A DNA stretch of 64,000 nucleotides, from the NCBI RefSeq assembly GCF_009914755.1, contig NC_060930.1; one strand, 5' to 3'. The DNA comes from the human T2T-CHM13v2.0 reference genome, Homo sapiens. This document shows positions 1-13,900 of the stretch, piece after piece; position 1 is the first letter of the stretch; each line of letters opens with the position of its first letter. The notes below the pieces were generated by a model, which was not told where the DNA came from, searched no databases, and saw nothing but the letters and a program-made list of their open reading frames with translations. Both the position numbers and the translations under genes were made by a program.

Positions 1-244
1 AGTGCCTATTGTCCAAAAAATGCAAGATTACTGTGAACCAAACGGCAGACTGACAATCACCCCCCTCCCCCAGCTTTCTCGCTATCTCTTTTTGCCTAAT
101 AAATACGGAGGGCTGTGTAAAGCTCAGGGCCCTTGTCCACTAAAGGCAAGGTGCCCCTAACCCCTTCTTCCAAATATACTCTGTTGTCTCTTGTCTTTTA
201 TTCCCGTGTTGCCCGCCTTTGTTCAGTCCAGTAGGTCCCCAACA
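1..244 (+). mobile_element. 3' part of an ERV LTR (ERVK-class, resembles LTR3/HML-6); solo or 3' LTR, truncated by the window start
   Basis: AATAAA at 98-103 is followed by an R/U5-like tract (gctcagggcccttgtccact...aatatactctgttgtctcttgtcttttattccc). The element ends in CA at 243-244, with no tRNA PBS (TGG...) after it. Family call is from memory. Confidence 0.6.
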
Positions 245-2322
245 ATGTCCTGAGGGTATGAATCCTGAAAGACTACTCTCCATGAAGCAGGTATTTACCA
301 GGTTAGTGCATGTTTCCTGGGTATTAAGGGAAAACAGTAAAATGTTCTGTACGGGGGTCCCGGTTCTGTGTCGCACGAGAAGAGTGTGTGTCTTTTTACT
401 TTTTTAATATGGCTCAATAAAATTTTAAATCACATATGTGACTCTCATTGTATTTCTATTACACAATATGCTTTTTACCATGTCAAAATATCGGGTGGTT
501 TCAATCAAATTGGTTAGTTAGCACCATGTTCAAGAAAAACTCTTCTTTTAGGAAGGTACTAAAAGGTTCGTTGGTTGGGTTTTTTTAATGGAATTATATA
601 ACGTGTTATCACTAATTTGGATGCAGAATAGGAGTCTGGGGGTTGGCTGTAATGGCCTCTGAGGTCTTCTAAGCCTTATAGCTCTGTGATATTAAACTTG
701 GTAAAAAGATGCCAAGAGATTCCTAGATGACAAGCCAGAAAGTATTCACAGCCCATAAAGTAGAGACAACTCAGCCGCTGTGAAGAGATAAACATCTCCA
801 CCGCCACGTTCGTAGTCTCCTCCTCAAGGCCTCAGTTTTGGGTCTGGTGATCTGGCTCTAGTCCCCCACTCCAGGTGGGAGCTTCGCAGGCATGGGCTAG
901 TTACTCGAGTTCCGGGTGCCTGCGTGACCCATTTGTAACATGGAAATAGCAAAAGTCCCTCCCCAATGCTATCAAAGGGTAGTGACGCGAGACAGGAGAA
1001 GTGTGAAGATGCTTTATAAAACTCAGAGTGCTAAATACTGGGGCTTTTCCCCCTCTACGTAGAAAGTTATAGAAGAAGGTGGCATTGACTAAGAAACAAA
1101 TAATCACATTAATGAATAAGGCAGGAAAGATTTCTGAGATTAAATAACATTTTCATAGATTGATTTTTTAATTCCATATTTATCATCAAAGTCAAGCAGA
1201 ACCCAAAACTGATCCTTGCGGTTCCGAAAGCGGCCTTCTGTGGCATGGAGTTGCTGAGCGGAGTCTAGTTCTGCGTGTGTATCCTGCTGGGTTGCACCTG
1301 TTTAATCTTTGCCTTTCTTTTGCCCAAAGAGTCAGCGTGTGAATTTGTTTATGAGGAGAACGACTCAAATTAATAACGAGGTGTTTTTGGTTTTTTTTTT
1401 TTTAATCTTTGGAATGTGCCACATCAAGTTCTGCTCCATTTCCTGGTGATTCAGATTCTAATGACGACCTTCACTCTCCCAGAATGTCCTCCTGTGACTG
1501 GCGGCAGGCCCTCTTCGCCATCCACAGGAGCGGGCGCTGCTCCAGGCACACAGCCAAGGGGGATCAACCCTGGGGAGGGGGCCGCAGTGCACCTCCGCCT
1601 GGCGTCTTTCTCCCCTCATGGGTCCACACTCCCTGACACCATCTGGCTTCCCTCCTGACAGCCCAATGCAGCAGACAGATGGCAGCGTTTACAGTTTCCA
1701 CAGTGATGAGCAAGCCAGGGGCCTCCAGCCAGTGCAGTGTGACCCAGGCGCGCCCTCAGAGCCTGGCGTGGCCGGACTCTGGCTTCTCGGTTGCCCCTGG
1801 GTTGTCCCCGGACTGACATCTCTGGGTCTCTTCCTCTGCTTCATTTGGGAATCCTTTGTTGTTCAGTGACCAGGGAAATTGAGAAAATAAGCAGTGTGCT
1901 GACGTCATGGAAACAGTATATAGCAACTAAAATACACCAGCTTTCCTGTTTTTCCAGGCTCATATTCTACCAGATCAACCAATCCATGGCTTTGAGTATC
2001 AGCTGCCCACAGCGCGCTTAGCACCATGCGAGAGGCCACGAGGAAGGAGGGAGGCAGGTGTGGTCACCATCCTTTAAAAATTCAGATGTGAGACCAGGAA
2101 ACACACCTAGCAGAAACAATAGGAGTAAAACTGTAGAAAGGAAAACAATGCCAGCATGAAGTTTTCGAGAAAAGCCTCCTTAGAAGAGAGAGGACTCTCG
2201 TCTTTCCCCCCTCACTGGGAGTGCCTAATGCCTAGTGTCAGGGCAGGGCTCTGAGCTGTAATTATCTTTCCTTACACCTACTAGTCCACAGAGGAAAATT
2301 AAAAGGCAAAACTGTTAAGATC

Positions 2323-2628
<306 letters not shown>

Positions 2629-3329
2629 TTAATATTGGGCCCATTCGCCACAAGAACAGTTAAATTATTTAGCAACAAACCAAAGCAACTTTAAAGTTAT
2701 TTCAGTTGGCAAGAACGCTAGCAACCTGGGTTGCCAGAATTCATTCACCTGGGTTCACAGGTGCAAACTATGAGCCATTCTAGTTCATTTCCTAAAAAAA
2801 AGAAAAACTTAAAAAAAGAAGAGCACAGGATAGCTTAGGAAATCACAGGGTTCCAGCCGTGAAGCTGGACAGAAGCTCCTGGGCACCGAGGCGGCAGCCA
2901 CACAGAACACACCAGCTCGGCTCTGATGCCACCAGCTCCAGCCACACGCACATGGCCAGTTGCATCCTACAAGTGTGCACTGCCACACCTCCAGCAAATA
3001 TTTCATTATCCTAACCATATTCTCACACTTTATTTGGTTGGCAATATTGGAGACTAAACTGCTTCTTATAATTTATCTTTCTAAATAATGGAAGTTGACT
3101 CCTTTAAAACTTTTAAACCATTTTAGATGGCCTGTAATATATGAAACCTTTTTTTACATTCTTCAACAAATAGCAATATAATGTGTGTGTGCGATTCAGT
3201 GTGAGTGTTAAGAAAGTAAATTTTGGAGCAATTATATCATTGGGTCCATTGAATTCTAGAAGGATTTTTGAACCCACATTAAATGTTCTCAGGCTTTAAT
3301 TACTTTAACTTTCATATTTCTTCTTATAG

Positions 3330-3370
3330 TTTTTCTTCTTCTCCTCCTCCTTCTTCCTCTTCTTCTTCAC
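3330..3370. repeat. (TTC/TCC)n pyrimidine-rich simple repeat
   Basis: ttttcttcttctcctcctccttcttcctcttcttcttc. Confidence 0.8.
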
Positions 3371-4150
3371 ACTTCCTGCTGTATTTTCCGACAAATCTTA
3401 GGATAAGAAATGGGTTGGCTAAGTAATTAGAAAAAGTTAAAAAAAAAATACCTTTCAGAACAGAGAAAACAATAAAGAGGTGAGAGAAAATATCAAAAGA
3501 GCGATGACTTGTTGCTGATGTTATAGACCCTCCAGGCTCAGAGTTTTTCTGACCCCAAACGCTTGTCCTTGTCCCTGTCCTGCCCTTTCCCTCTCCTCTG
3601 ACCTTCCCCAGCACCATCAACACATATGTTTCCATCACCTGCAGTCTTCAGTCCAGCTGCCTTCCCTCTCCTTCCTCTACCAACAAGCTTCCCAGTAAAC
3701 ACCTTACACTCTCCCTTTCTACTTCCTCACTCTTCATTCACACTTTTAGAAGCTGAAATTTCACTCCCCAACCCCACCAGGAAAGAAATAAAATTTGCCA
3801 AACACCACTCCAGTGGAGAAACTGCCCTTGCTGAAGGTATTCACACAGCTTCCTAAGTGATAAATCTGGTGCATACAATTCCCATCTCAACGCCTTTGAC
3901 CTTTCTTCCACATTTGGTACAAGTGACTACCCTCCTTGAAACTGCGTTTCTCTCAATTCCACAAAAATTCTCCTTTCTGGATTTCTTCCTATATCTCTTA
4001 TGACAGATTCTTTGCCACGCTCTTTTATGGCTTTCTCTTCTTCTGCCTGCTCCTTAAGTGTTGGGATTTCCCCAAAAATTAATCTACAATCTTCTTCCAA
4101 CTCCATACTAACTGAGAAGTGTTACTAACGCGCCAGGGGCCCTATCCTGG

Positions 4151-4523
4151 TGCTGTGGTTTGGATGTGTCCACTGAAGTTCATGTTTTGACAACTTAATC
4201 CCCAATGCAACCATGCTAAGAGGTGGGACCTTTGAGAGGTGATTAGGTCATGAGGGCTCTGCTTCATAAATGGATTACTGTCGTCATTACATCTGGGCAG
4301 TGGGCTCCTGATAAGTGAATGGGTTCAGCCGCCATCCCCCTCCTTTGCATTTCCACCTTCCACCACCCACCATGGGATGTCAGAGCACAAGGGCCCTTGC
4401 CAGATGCTGGCAACTTGATATTGGACTTGTCAGCCTCCAGAACTGTGAGAAATACATTTCTGTTCATTGTAGATTACCCAGTCTGTGGAATTCTGTCATA
4501 TTAGCATGAAATGGACTAAGACA
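4151..4523 (+). mobile_element. ERVL-MaLR solo LTR (MSTD/MLT1A-like)
   Basis: Starts tgctgtggtttggatgtgtcc, contains gggaccttt gagaggtgattaggtcatgaggg, and ends ggactaagaca (TG...CA). Confidence 0.85.
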
Positions 4524-5271
4524 TCTGTTGAGAGGTTATGGTTTTGTCCATCTAATTTGTCACCTTTACCTCTCTCTTTGCAAATACAATTCTCCTTGTG
4601 GTCAGGCCGGAGCCAGCCCTCTGTTGTGAAGAATCGGTGGGGAGACAGGCCTGAAAAGGTAGAAGTACCTGGGAAAGGGAAGGGCACTGGAAATGTTCCT
4701 GAAGACACCAGCCTCTGGGCCTATGGAGGGTGGGGGAGGTGGATGGGGATGCTCCCCTGGGGTGCTGACATCTTCGCATTGTTCAAGGGGCACAGAGAAG
4801 CAGTCGGTTATTTGTGGAGTCTCTCTTTGTCCAGGGCTCAGCCTCTTTGGTGGTGGTAGCAAGAGCTTAATGGTTCTACCTGCATCCCTGAACTGTACTT
4901 TCATGTATCTACCTGCCTGGTAGACATTCTCCCCAAAACCCCTGCAAGTAAATTGAACCTGCTGTATTCCAACAGCACCCACTGTCTCCTCACCTTCAAA
5001 AATGCTCTGATTCTGTCTTTCTGATCTTTGTGAATGACATTACCCATGACCTAGTGGCCAAGGCTGGGACCCCATAAGGTCTTGTCTCCTCCTATTCTCT
5101 GTCCTCTTATTCTTCACATCCTATTGGCACACAAGTGTGAATCAGCCAGGGTCCTGGCAGGACAAGGTGGCCCACTTAGAGGGTTTAACTGAAAAGAGTT
5201 TTATGAAGGGACTATTTACATGAGTGTGGGCGGGCTGAGGGAACACAAAAGAGAAGACAAAGTGTTGAAAT

Positions 5272-5533
5272 TTGTTCATAGAACATGTCCGGATAGGCAA
5301 TCTAGAGACAGAAGGCAGACTGGTGACAGCCTGGGGTAGAGGGGTTGGGGGACATGGGGAGTGGCCACTGAGGGGTATGGGTTCACTGGTTCATTTGGGG
5401 ATGACACTGCAGAATGTTCTAGAATGGACCGTGGTGATGGCTGCACAACTCTGTGAATGTGCCAGACACCAATGAATGGCACGGTGTAAACCAGTGAACT
5501 GCATGTACATGAATTACATCTCAATAAAACTGT
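5272..5533 (+). mobile_element. Old L1 (L1MB-like) 3' end, apparently inserted into an ancient MaLR-like LTR (~5135-5700)
   Basis: L1M 3'UTR motifs: gtggtgatggctgcacaactctgtgaat and gaattacatctcaataaaac. Confidence 0.7.
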
Positions 5534-8394
5534 GAGAGTTGTTTACAGGGAAGAGGAGGAGGCAATGGGAGCATTCAGACTGAGCAGTAATAGGGACTGA
5601 GGAGCCAGCAGCCTGTGGGCCTGGAGGCAGAGGGGAGAGACCAGTGGTTCTGAAACCTGGAGCCACCTGCCTGAGGGTTACCCAGGCAGAGAAGAACAAA
5701 GTCACAGCCAGACCCAGAAAGCTAGGGAGTAAACAGGAAGAAAGACCCCATGCTCCCTCCCCTAGCCCCCAGGCTCTGGCCCAGACCATACTTCTGAATC
5801 AGAGGAAAGGCGGGTTCCTGGCTTTGGCAGAGCCAGCAGAGGAGAGCAGCCATTCCCCAGCCCTGTTGGCTCAGAAACTGCACATGGCCATCTCCCTGTC
5901 TCTACCATCACCACCTTCTCAAGATCCCCGTGAAATCCTGTCTCCAGTCTCTCAGCAATCCACATCTCCTCACACTGGGGCGACTGGGGTGCTAGGGTGG
6001 GGGGCACTTGCTCATCAACAGGTCAGTCCCCACAGGCTGTTCCCAAGAGGAAATGCTGACCCAGGGTGGCCAGGTGTCCCAGATTGTAGATACAATTAAA
6101 AATAATAATAAAAGACGTGGCCTGTCAATGCAGACCACGAAGCAAAAGCATTTCTACAGCCTGAGGGTTGCCCATTGGCCACCTCTGCCCAGTGAGAGAG
6201 CCGGGGCGCAGGAATGCAGGGCTCCCGGACCCACTGCCATCTGCGTCATAACGGGGGTCCTCTTGGGTAAGCATTGTGCTGGGGGAGAGAAGGACATGGA
6301 GGACCCCAAACACAAAGCTCCCACCTCCCGGCGGGACATAGCTTCTGACCGCTGACCTGTGTTCCTTTAGGCTGGTAGCAAGAATCTTCAGAGCTTTGTC
6401 CCGACCGTTTGCTTTCCTCTTTTTTTTTCTCGAACCCAGAACCAGTCGCCTCTTGTTGGGCTTTGTGGGGTGGCAGATACACACCCGGCTTGTCCTCAGC
6501 CCCGACTCTTCTCTCAGGCTCTTGCCGTGCACAGTGTCCACGCAGCCCCTTCGCTGGCTGTTGTCACTGTCTCCATCACAAGTAGAATGAGGATGCTGGG
6601 CCTTGCAGGGCTGTGCCGAGGGTGGTAGCTTCTCCACGAAGGGCCCACCTGTGGGCCAACAGACCTCAGCGTGTGGCTGTCGTGATGTCCACACCTGTGG
6701 CACCTGTCCTCTCAGTCCCACATGTGGCAGCCCTGAGGTGTCCTTGCCCTGCCCCATGCAGGGGGGCCCTGTACCCCACTCCTTGTGCACGCCATGGGTT
6801 GATCTTCCCTGGGCCCACCTGCAGTCCAGCCTGGTGCCAAAAAGAACATCAGTCAAAGGAGGGCAGAAGGAGAGAGAATGTCCTGGAAACATCCTTGCGA
6901 CCCGCACCCCATCACCTGCTGCAGCAGAGCCTCGCGTGAGGCGAGGAAGGCCACGCGGGCAGGAGGCGGGTGGAAAAGCAGCCTCAGTGCCAGGCACACC
7001 AGGCCTCACACACATCACCAGGAGCCATGTTAACATCTCTGTTCCACAGGTAAGGAAATGGCCACGAGGCTCGGAAAACAGCAAGGTCACCCACCCCTGT
7101 CAAACTTCAAGAAAGTGCGGTCTTAAGACTGCCTGTCCCCCAGAGCTCGCCACTCCAGGAGCCCGAAGTCTTAGGAAGTCAGCAGCACTCACACAGCAGT
7201 CAGGACAGGCGCCTGACTCAGTCACCTGCTGCCACCAGGCCCGGCTCAGGTACAGTGGCCAAGACAGTGCACCCAACTACCAGGCGTCTGGAACACATAA
7301 AACAAGCTGAAGTTTTGGGTTCCTAGTGTTTATTCCCCAACAATAAAACACAAGCATCATCAATGTGGAAAGGTTAGCGACAAGCGGTTTAGATTGGGAA
7401 ATTTGCCACAGACAAGAAGGAAACTTGAATCTTCTTTTTTCCAACAAACTGAAGACGACATGCAAGGACATATCTTCTGGGAGGAGAGCTTGAAAATAAA
7501 AGCCTCCAGAAACATTTCATAAAGACATTTTTCAGAGAAAGTAAACATCAAGGAGAATGGGGTGGTTTGGATTCTTTCCTTAAACAGAAGTTAAAATAAA
7601 ATGTTTTGACAAAGAAGAAGTGCTATTTTGATCTCCCTGTGAAATTTTTACAAGAAGCTCTGGTAGGAGTTTTTAAACACAGTAAACTCTTGTTTGGTGG
7701 CAATGTTACTGTGTGTGATTGATATTTCATATTGGCAGACGGCCAGCAGGTGAGGAGGAGGAGGTAAAAGTTAGGAGGATTCTGCTCTTTATTCCATTAG
7801 GAACTAGAAACAGAAGAAACTACTCCAGTGCTACTGAATCTCCAAGCAGAATTTACTACTGAAAAGGTACGCATCATCACTGATACAGTGTCAGAGTTCT
7901 ACAACACGGCTAGCCTGAAGAGCCAATTTTTATCTCTCAGTGAGATTGATTTTCCATTTTTCTTGTCATACTCTATTCACAGTCTACTCTCCTATTTCCC
8001 ATAAACTACAATAAGAAAACACAGTAAGTTAGAATCATTGAGCATTCTTTAGTCTTTTTTCTTATAAGCAGACACTGTACCGCACAACACAGCAGAGCTC
8101 TGATAACATTTTAATATGCGCCGATGCCAGATATTCAGGCTGCCTACCCAAAAGTGAAAGTTTTAGTTGCTTGTTTGGAAGTATCGGAATAGCCGACTTG
8201 AACTAAGAGGAAAATGCTGGAAATGCATTAACCTTTCATCTGGTTGTTTGTTATGTAGATATAATCAGACCTTAGTGTCAAAAAGAAAAAAAATAGCATA
8301 TTTTTGACGGACTGCCATCTGCCAAGCTGCTTGGCAGATGATACAGCCTCTGCCTATTCTCTCAGTAACTCTGAAAGGTGGGTGCCAGGACTCT

Positions 8395-8810
8395 GAAGGC
8401 TACGGGGTTTTACCCTACTTGCAAGCCAACAGGTGGGCCTGCAGTGGTTCCGTACACACTGGCAGCAGACCTGAGCCCCCTGAGCTCAGGACAAGTAGCT
8501 TTATTACTCCCACACAGCAGGCAGAGGAGTTGTATATGTGCCTCAGTTCCCCTTGCTCTCCAAGTCCCATGGGGGTGAGGTGGAAAGTTCCAGTTGGATC
8601 CTGCATATCTGGTGGGTGTGTGTCACAGCTGACAAAGTCCAAGCTTGGGAAACCCCATTTTTTTATGATGGGCTGCAAGCAAACTTGACCTTTGCCCCAG
8701 AGGGAGACATTATCTCTGTCTCCCAAGATAGTGTCACAAAGGGCTGTTGATGGCTTTGCACACACAATGAGTTGCAAGTGGAGACGCATGGAGAATTAGC
8801 TCTCAATGGC
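8395..8810 (-). mobile_element. ERVL solo LTR (LTR40-like)
   Basis: ttttaccctacttgcaagc, ccaagtcccatggggg, cagagggagacattatctct and catggagaatt match the LTR40 reverse consensus as recalled. Confidence 0.7.
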
Positions 8811-8814
8811 AGGC

Positions 8815-8945
8815 AATGTTATTCCACTTATTACAGATTCATAAAGGAAGCATTTGAAAAGGTAACCAGCCTGCTCAAGTCACAAAGCTTATTAAATTGA
8901 AGAATCAGAATTCAAATCCGGGTGGGTTTGACTCCAGAACTCTCC
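8815..8945 (-). mobile_element. MIR fragment
   Basis: ttacagat...caagtcacaaagct...gaattcaaatcc...tgactccaga (MIR core, reverse orientation). Confidence 0.65.
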
Positions 8946-9018
8946 CCTCTGTATCTTACAGCCAAATAGTAGTCCTCCACATTAGAGCATGATTAATCAA
9001 TATATAAAAGGCATTATG

Positions 9019-9371
9019 GGCCAGGCGAGGTGGCTCACGCCTGTAATCCCAGCACTTTGGGAGGCTGAGGTGAGTGGATCACTTGAGGTCAGGAGTTCGA
9101 AACCAGCATGGCCAACATGGTGAAACCGCGTCTCTACTAAAAATACAAAAATTCGCTGGGTGTGGTGGCATGCACCTGTAACTCCAGTTACTCAGGAGGC
9201 TGAGGCACAAGAATCGCTTGAACTGGGAAAGCGGAGGTTGCAGTGAGCCAAGATCACGCCACTTCACTCCAGCCTGGGCGGATCACTTGAGGTCAGGAGT
9301 TTGAGACCAGCCTGGCCAACATAGTGAAACCCCATCTCAAAAAATAATAATAAATAAATAAGTAAATAAAC
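9019..9371 (+). mobile_element. AluS with chimeric 3' end (extra left-arm segment)
   Basis: Full Alu up to 9280, then left-arm sequence 9281-9338, then an A-rich tail. 13-bp TSD AAAAGGCATTATG at 9006-9018 and 9372-9384. Confidence 0.95.
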
Positions 9372-10865
9372 AAAAGGCATTATGACCACAAACTCCTGAA
9401 TTTACCACACTGGCACCTTGAATATTTAGAGCGTTTCAAGAACAAACCTATGATCGCCGGCCCTTTAACCAGGCCTCACAATCTAGCATTATGCATTTTA
9501 ACCTCACCCCAGAGTCTAGCAATATGAATTCTTCATACGCAGAGCATGAGATATAGAAAGTCAAATCAGAGCCATTGCCCCTGGAGGGCACAGCCTCCAT
9601 GTGCTTGGACCCACCTGGGAGTGCAGGGCGGAGCAGGGCCACCTCTGTCCCGACTCACCACCTGTTCAAAACAGGCCACCCTCAATGCCATAGTGTGTGG
9701 TACTTGCATTTGGGCACACTGTGAATTTTTTTTCTTATAAAGACAATAATATCATATTCATGCATTTTGATAATATGATAATTTAATTAAGGAATAAATT
9801 GAGTTTCTGAAAAAATTTTATGTCATTATTATATATGCATTTCTGCAGAAATTTACTAGAAAATGCTTTCTAAAATTGTATTTAAACTTAAAAGATTATA
9901 GTTTATTTCTAGACATAGAAAACAATTTTACACAATTGAAATGTATGATTTTTATCCTCAATGATTATCTATTTAGTGCTAAAATATTTATACCATATGT
10001 GTCCATTTAAAAAAAAAATAGGAGGGGAGTGAAATGCCAAAATTAAATGTCTAAAAAAGGATCAGAAAGAATAAAGTAGCCACATTTTTGCTAAATCTAA
10101 CCACCTCAAGAAGTGAAAACCACAACGGGAACCACTCTGCCCAGGCGTGTGGCATGGCTATATATAGAACAGGATTTGATTGCACATTGGGTAAAATCTT
10201 GTTCTCCAGCTTTACTGAGGTATAGTTAACATATAATAACCTGCATGTATTTAAAGGGTATGATCTGTTGAGTTTTAACACATGCATACATCCATGAAAA
10301 CATGATCATCAAGATAATGCCTCAGGATCGATTGTAATTCCTACTTCTCCCCCTTCCCTGGATATATGGTTTGCAAATATTTTCTTCAAGGCTGAAGTAG
10401 AATCCTGATAGCTCAAAAAAAACTCAGCCATAAATATTTCCAAATTAAAGCTTCTAAGATGGCTGTGAAGTTTTATATTATTAATTGGTATAGAAAAGGA
10501 AGATACGTTATACTCCATTTTTAACTAAAGCTGTTCAATTTGATGTTTATCCCACAAAAATGTTATATTATTTTTGAAATTATGTTTAATAATTTAAGAA
10601 CAATTTTCTATTGAATAAGGATCTATTTCAGAAATATTAATTGTACAACTAACATAATGCTCAGCTTGATTTTTTCCCTTCAGTAAAATGAACCAAGATG
10701 AGAATATTTACATCTAGAAAATGTATTATAAATATTAGCACCTCGTTAAGCATACTGAGTAGGGATAACAAAGTCTAATACTGTCCTGTCCTGTGCAATA
10801 GAATTGATATACTTCAATCACATTACAGAATTCATGTTAATTTTTTTCACTTTAAAACAAAGTTG

Positions 10866-11187
<322 letters not shown>

Positions 11188-11189
11188 GT

Positions 11190-13900
11190 TGTACTACAAC
11201 ATAGATGAACCTTGAAAATATTATGCTAAGTGAAAGAAATCAGTCACAAAAGACCATATATTAAAATTTGAAATGTTAGATGAACTGAACATAGTCTTAG
11301 AAAGGTGAAACTTACCAATATTGACACAAGAAGAAATAGGAGATTTTAAAAGTTCTGTAAATATTCAGGAATTATCTGTACTTCAAGCTCTCCCACTCTG
11401 ACCCCACCCATCCTCCCACAAAACAAAAGTCCCAGCCCAACTAAATGTTGAAGAGAGTGTGGGGAAAGTTAGAGAATAAAAAAGGGTGGGCACTTCCCAG
11501 CAATTTTAATAAAATCAGTACAATTTAAGCATCAAACTAACAAGGACATTATAAGAAAAAAATAATAGGTCAATTTTCCTTGTACATATGTATGTAAACT
11601 TTATAAATAAAATATCAGGAAATTAAATATAGCAATGTACAAAAAGGATAATGTATCACACAATTTGGGGCTTATTCTTCAAAGTAGTGTCTTAACACTA
11701 AAAAGGAGAGGAAAAGTAAGTAATCATACAATTGATAAAGAGAAAGCATTTTTTAAAAATTTAAATCCATTTATGTTAAAAAAAAAACCTCTTAGCAAGC
11801 TAGGAAGAGAGTGGAACTTCATTATCATGATACAGAGTACATTTTAAAATAGCTAGGAATAGAATGCAACATCATTATTATAGTAAAGAGTATTTTTAAA
11901 AACACATTTAATAGTGAAATGTTGAAACCTTTCCATCTGAGATTAGGAAGTAAACAAGAATATTTTATATCACCACATTTATTCAGCATTAAACTAGTAA
12001 TTCTAGCCAGTGCAGTAAAGAGATGCAGACTGGCTAAGAGATAATAAAACTACCACTATTTGTTGATAATATTTCGATGTAGAAAGCATAAATTATTAGA
12101 ATTAAGAAGTTAGTTTAGCAAAGTTGTTAGACACAGGTGAATATTTTTAAAAATCAATTATATTCCTCTGTATTAGCACAGTTGGAAAATGAAATACTAA
12201 AACAGATTCACGTACAAAAGCATAAAATATTAAATATTTCACACTAAAACTTCTTTAAAAGATGCACAAGGGCTATGCAGAAAAAACTACAACATTTTTT
12301 AGAAAAATTCAAGATAATCTAATTAAGTGGGGGGATATACCATGTTCATAGATTAGAAATGTTATTATTGTAAATATATTCATTTTCCCTAAATTGGTCT
12401 ATAAATCTAATGCCATGTTGATAAAAGCCTCAGCAGGATTTTCTGTGGTAATTAACAAAATAATTCTAAAACGTATGTGGATGCACAAAGGGCCAAGAAA
12501 AGCCAAGAAAACTTTAATGAAAAGAACAAGGCAGGACTTAGTCTACTTGATATCAGAATTTATTATAAAGCTTCAGTAATTAAGGCAGTTTTTTGTGCAA
12601 TGATAAACAAATAGACCGAAAAAATGGAATAATTGGTGCATACAGACACACACATATGGATATTCCATTTCTGGTAAAAGTAATAGTACTGCAAAGTAGT
12701 GGAGATTTTTTTTTTTTCAGTAGATGGTGCTTGAATAATTTGGATAACAACATGAAAAAAATTAAATATAACCCTACCCTGAAGAGTTATACACAAAAGT
12801 TAATTCCAGGTATACTGCTTATTTAAATTTGAAGGGTCAAATAACAAGACTTTGAGAAAATTATATAAGAGAAAAGCCTTTAAGATTTTGGGATAGAGAA
12901 AATTGAATAGGAATAATGCTCTTTTGAGCACTAACCATAAAGAGAAAGATTGATAAATTAGACTATATTAAAATTAAAGACTTTTTAAATTTAAGAGTAA
13001 AAGATAATACTATGAGAGTGACAGGCAAGCCACTGAGTGGTAGCGTGGTTATATCAAGACAAAAAGTCCTATCCAGTATATATCAATAGTTTCTACAAAT
13101 CAATTAAGACAGACAACCCAACAGAAAAACAAGCAAGAGACACTAAGACTTCACAAAAGAGGAGATCCAAATGATCAACAAATATGTGAGAGGATGGTCA
13201 TTCTCATTAGAAATGGGGAAAATGTGAATTAAGGCAATAGAATATCACTACACATCAACCAGGATGGCTAAAGGCTGATAATACCAACTGAAATCCCACT
13301 ATGCTGGTGATGAAAACGTAGATTGGTTCAACCTCTTTGGGAATTTGACAGTATTTACTAAGTGTGTGTATGTGCCTACCCAATGCCTCAGCAATTCCAC
13401 TCATAGGCACGTGCCCAACCAACATGTGAGCTCGTGCTGCACATCAAGACACATACGTAACTATTCACGGCAGCATTCTTATGGGCAGTCAAACATTGGA
13501 AGCAATCCAAATGTTCACTAACAGTGGACATCACAGTAGCCAAACAATAGGACATTAAACAGCAATTTATATGAAATAACTGTTGCCTCATACAACCAAA
13601 GGATGAATCTTTCATCCATACACAGTCACACTCAGTTCTGAGGAAAAGAAGCCAAACATACCCACAAAAATATATACTGTAGGATTCCGTTTTCACAAAC
13701 TTCAAAAACAAGACAAATGAGTCTGTGATGTCAGGACAGCGTTTAACTTGAGCAGGGAGTGAAGGGAGTGACTGGGAAGAGACACGAGTGGGGCTCCGGG
13801 GTGTTGGCCATATTCTGCTGTTGTGTTTAAACCTGGGTGTGTGCACAAGTGTTCATCAAGCTGTATAATGATGGGGCATGCACTTTCCTGTATGTGTTCA
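11190..13900 (+). mobile_element. Old mammalian L1 (L1M) ORF2 3' part and 3'UTR, highly diverged
   Basis: A-rich + strand with L1 ORF2-like tracts (ataccatgttcatagattagaa; cacttcacaaaagagg-like; cagcaattccactcatagg). ORFs 11635-11847 and 12394-12579 translate to ORF2-like fragments. Confidence 0.85.

Noticed and set aside
1040-2140. Additional small AG/GT-bounded segments (e.g. VTREIEKISSVLTSWKQ at ~1867)
   Set aside because: They could be GAIN/REJ-region exons of the candidate pseudogene, but I could not recognise a diagnostic motif, so they were left out of the call.
5644-7310. Long ORFs of 151, 321 and 235 aa on both strands
   Set aside because: GC-rich, stop-poor DNA with overlapping frames on both strands and no recognisable domain. 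These are not credible single-exon genes, though parts could hide further pseudo-exons (e.g. the donor at 7050).
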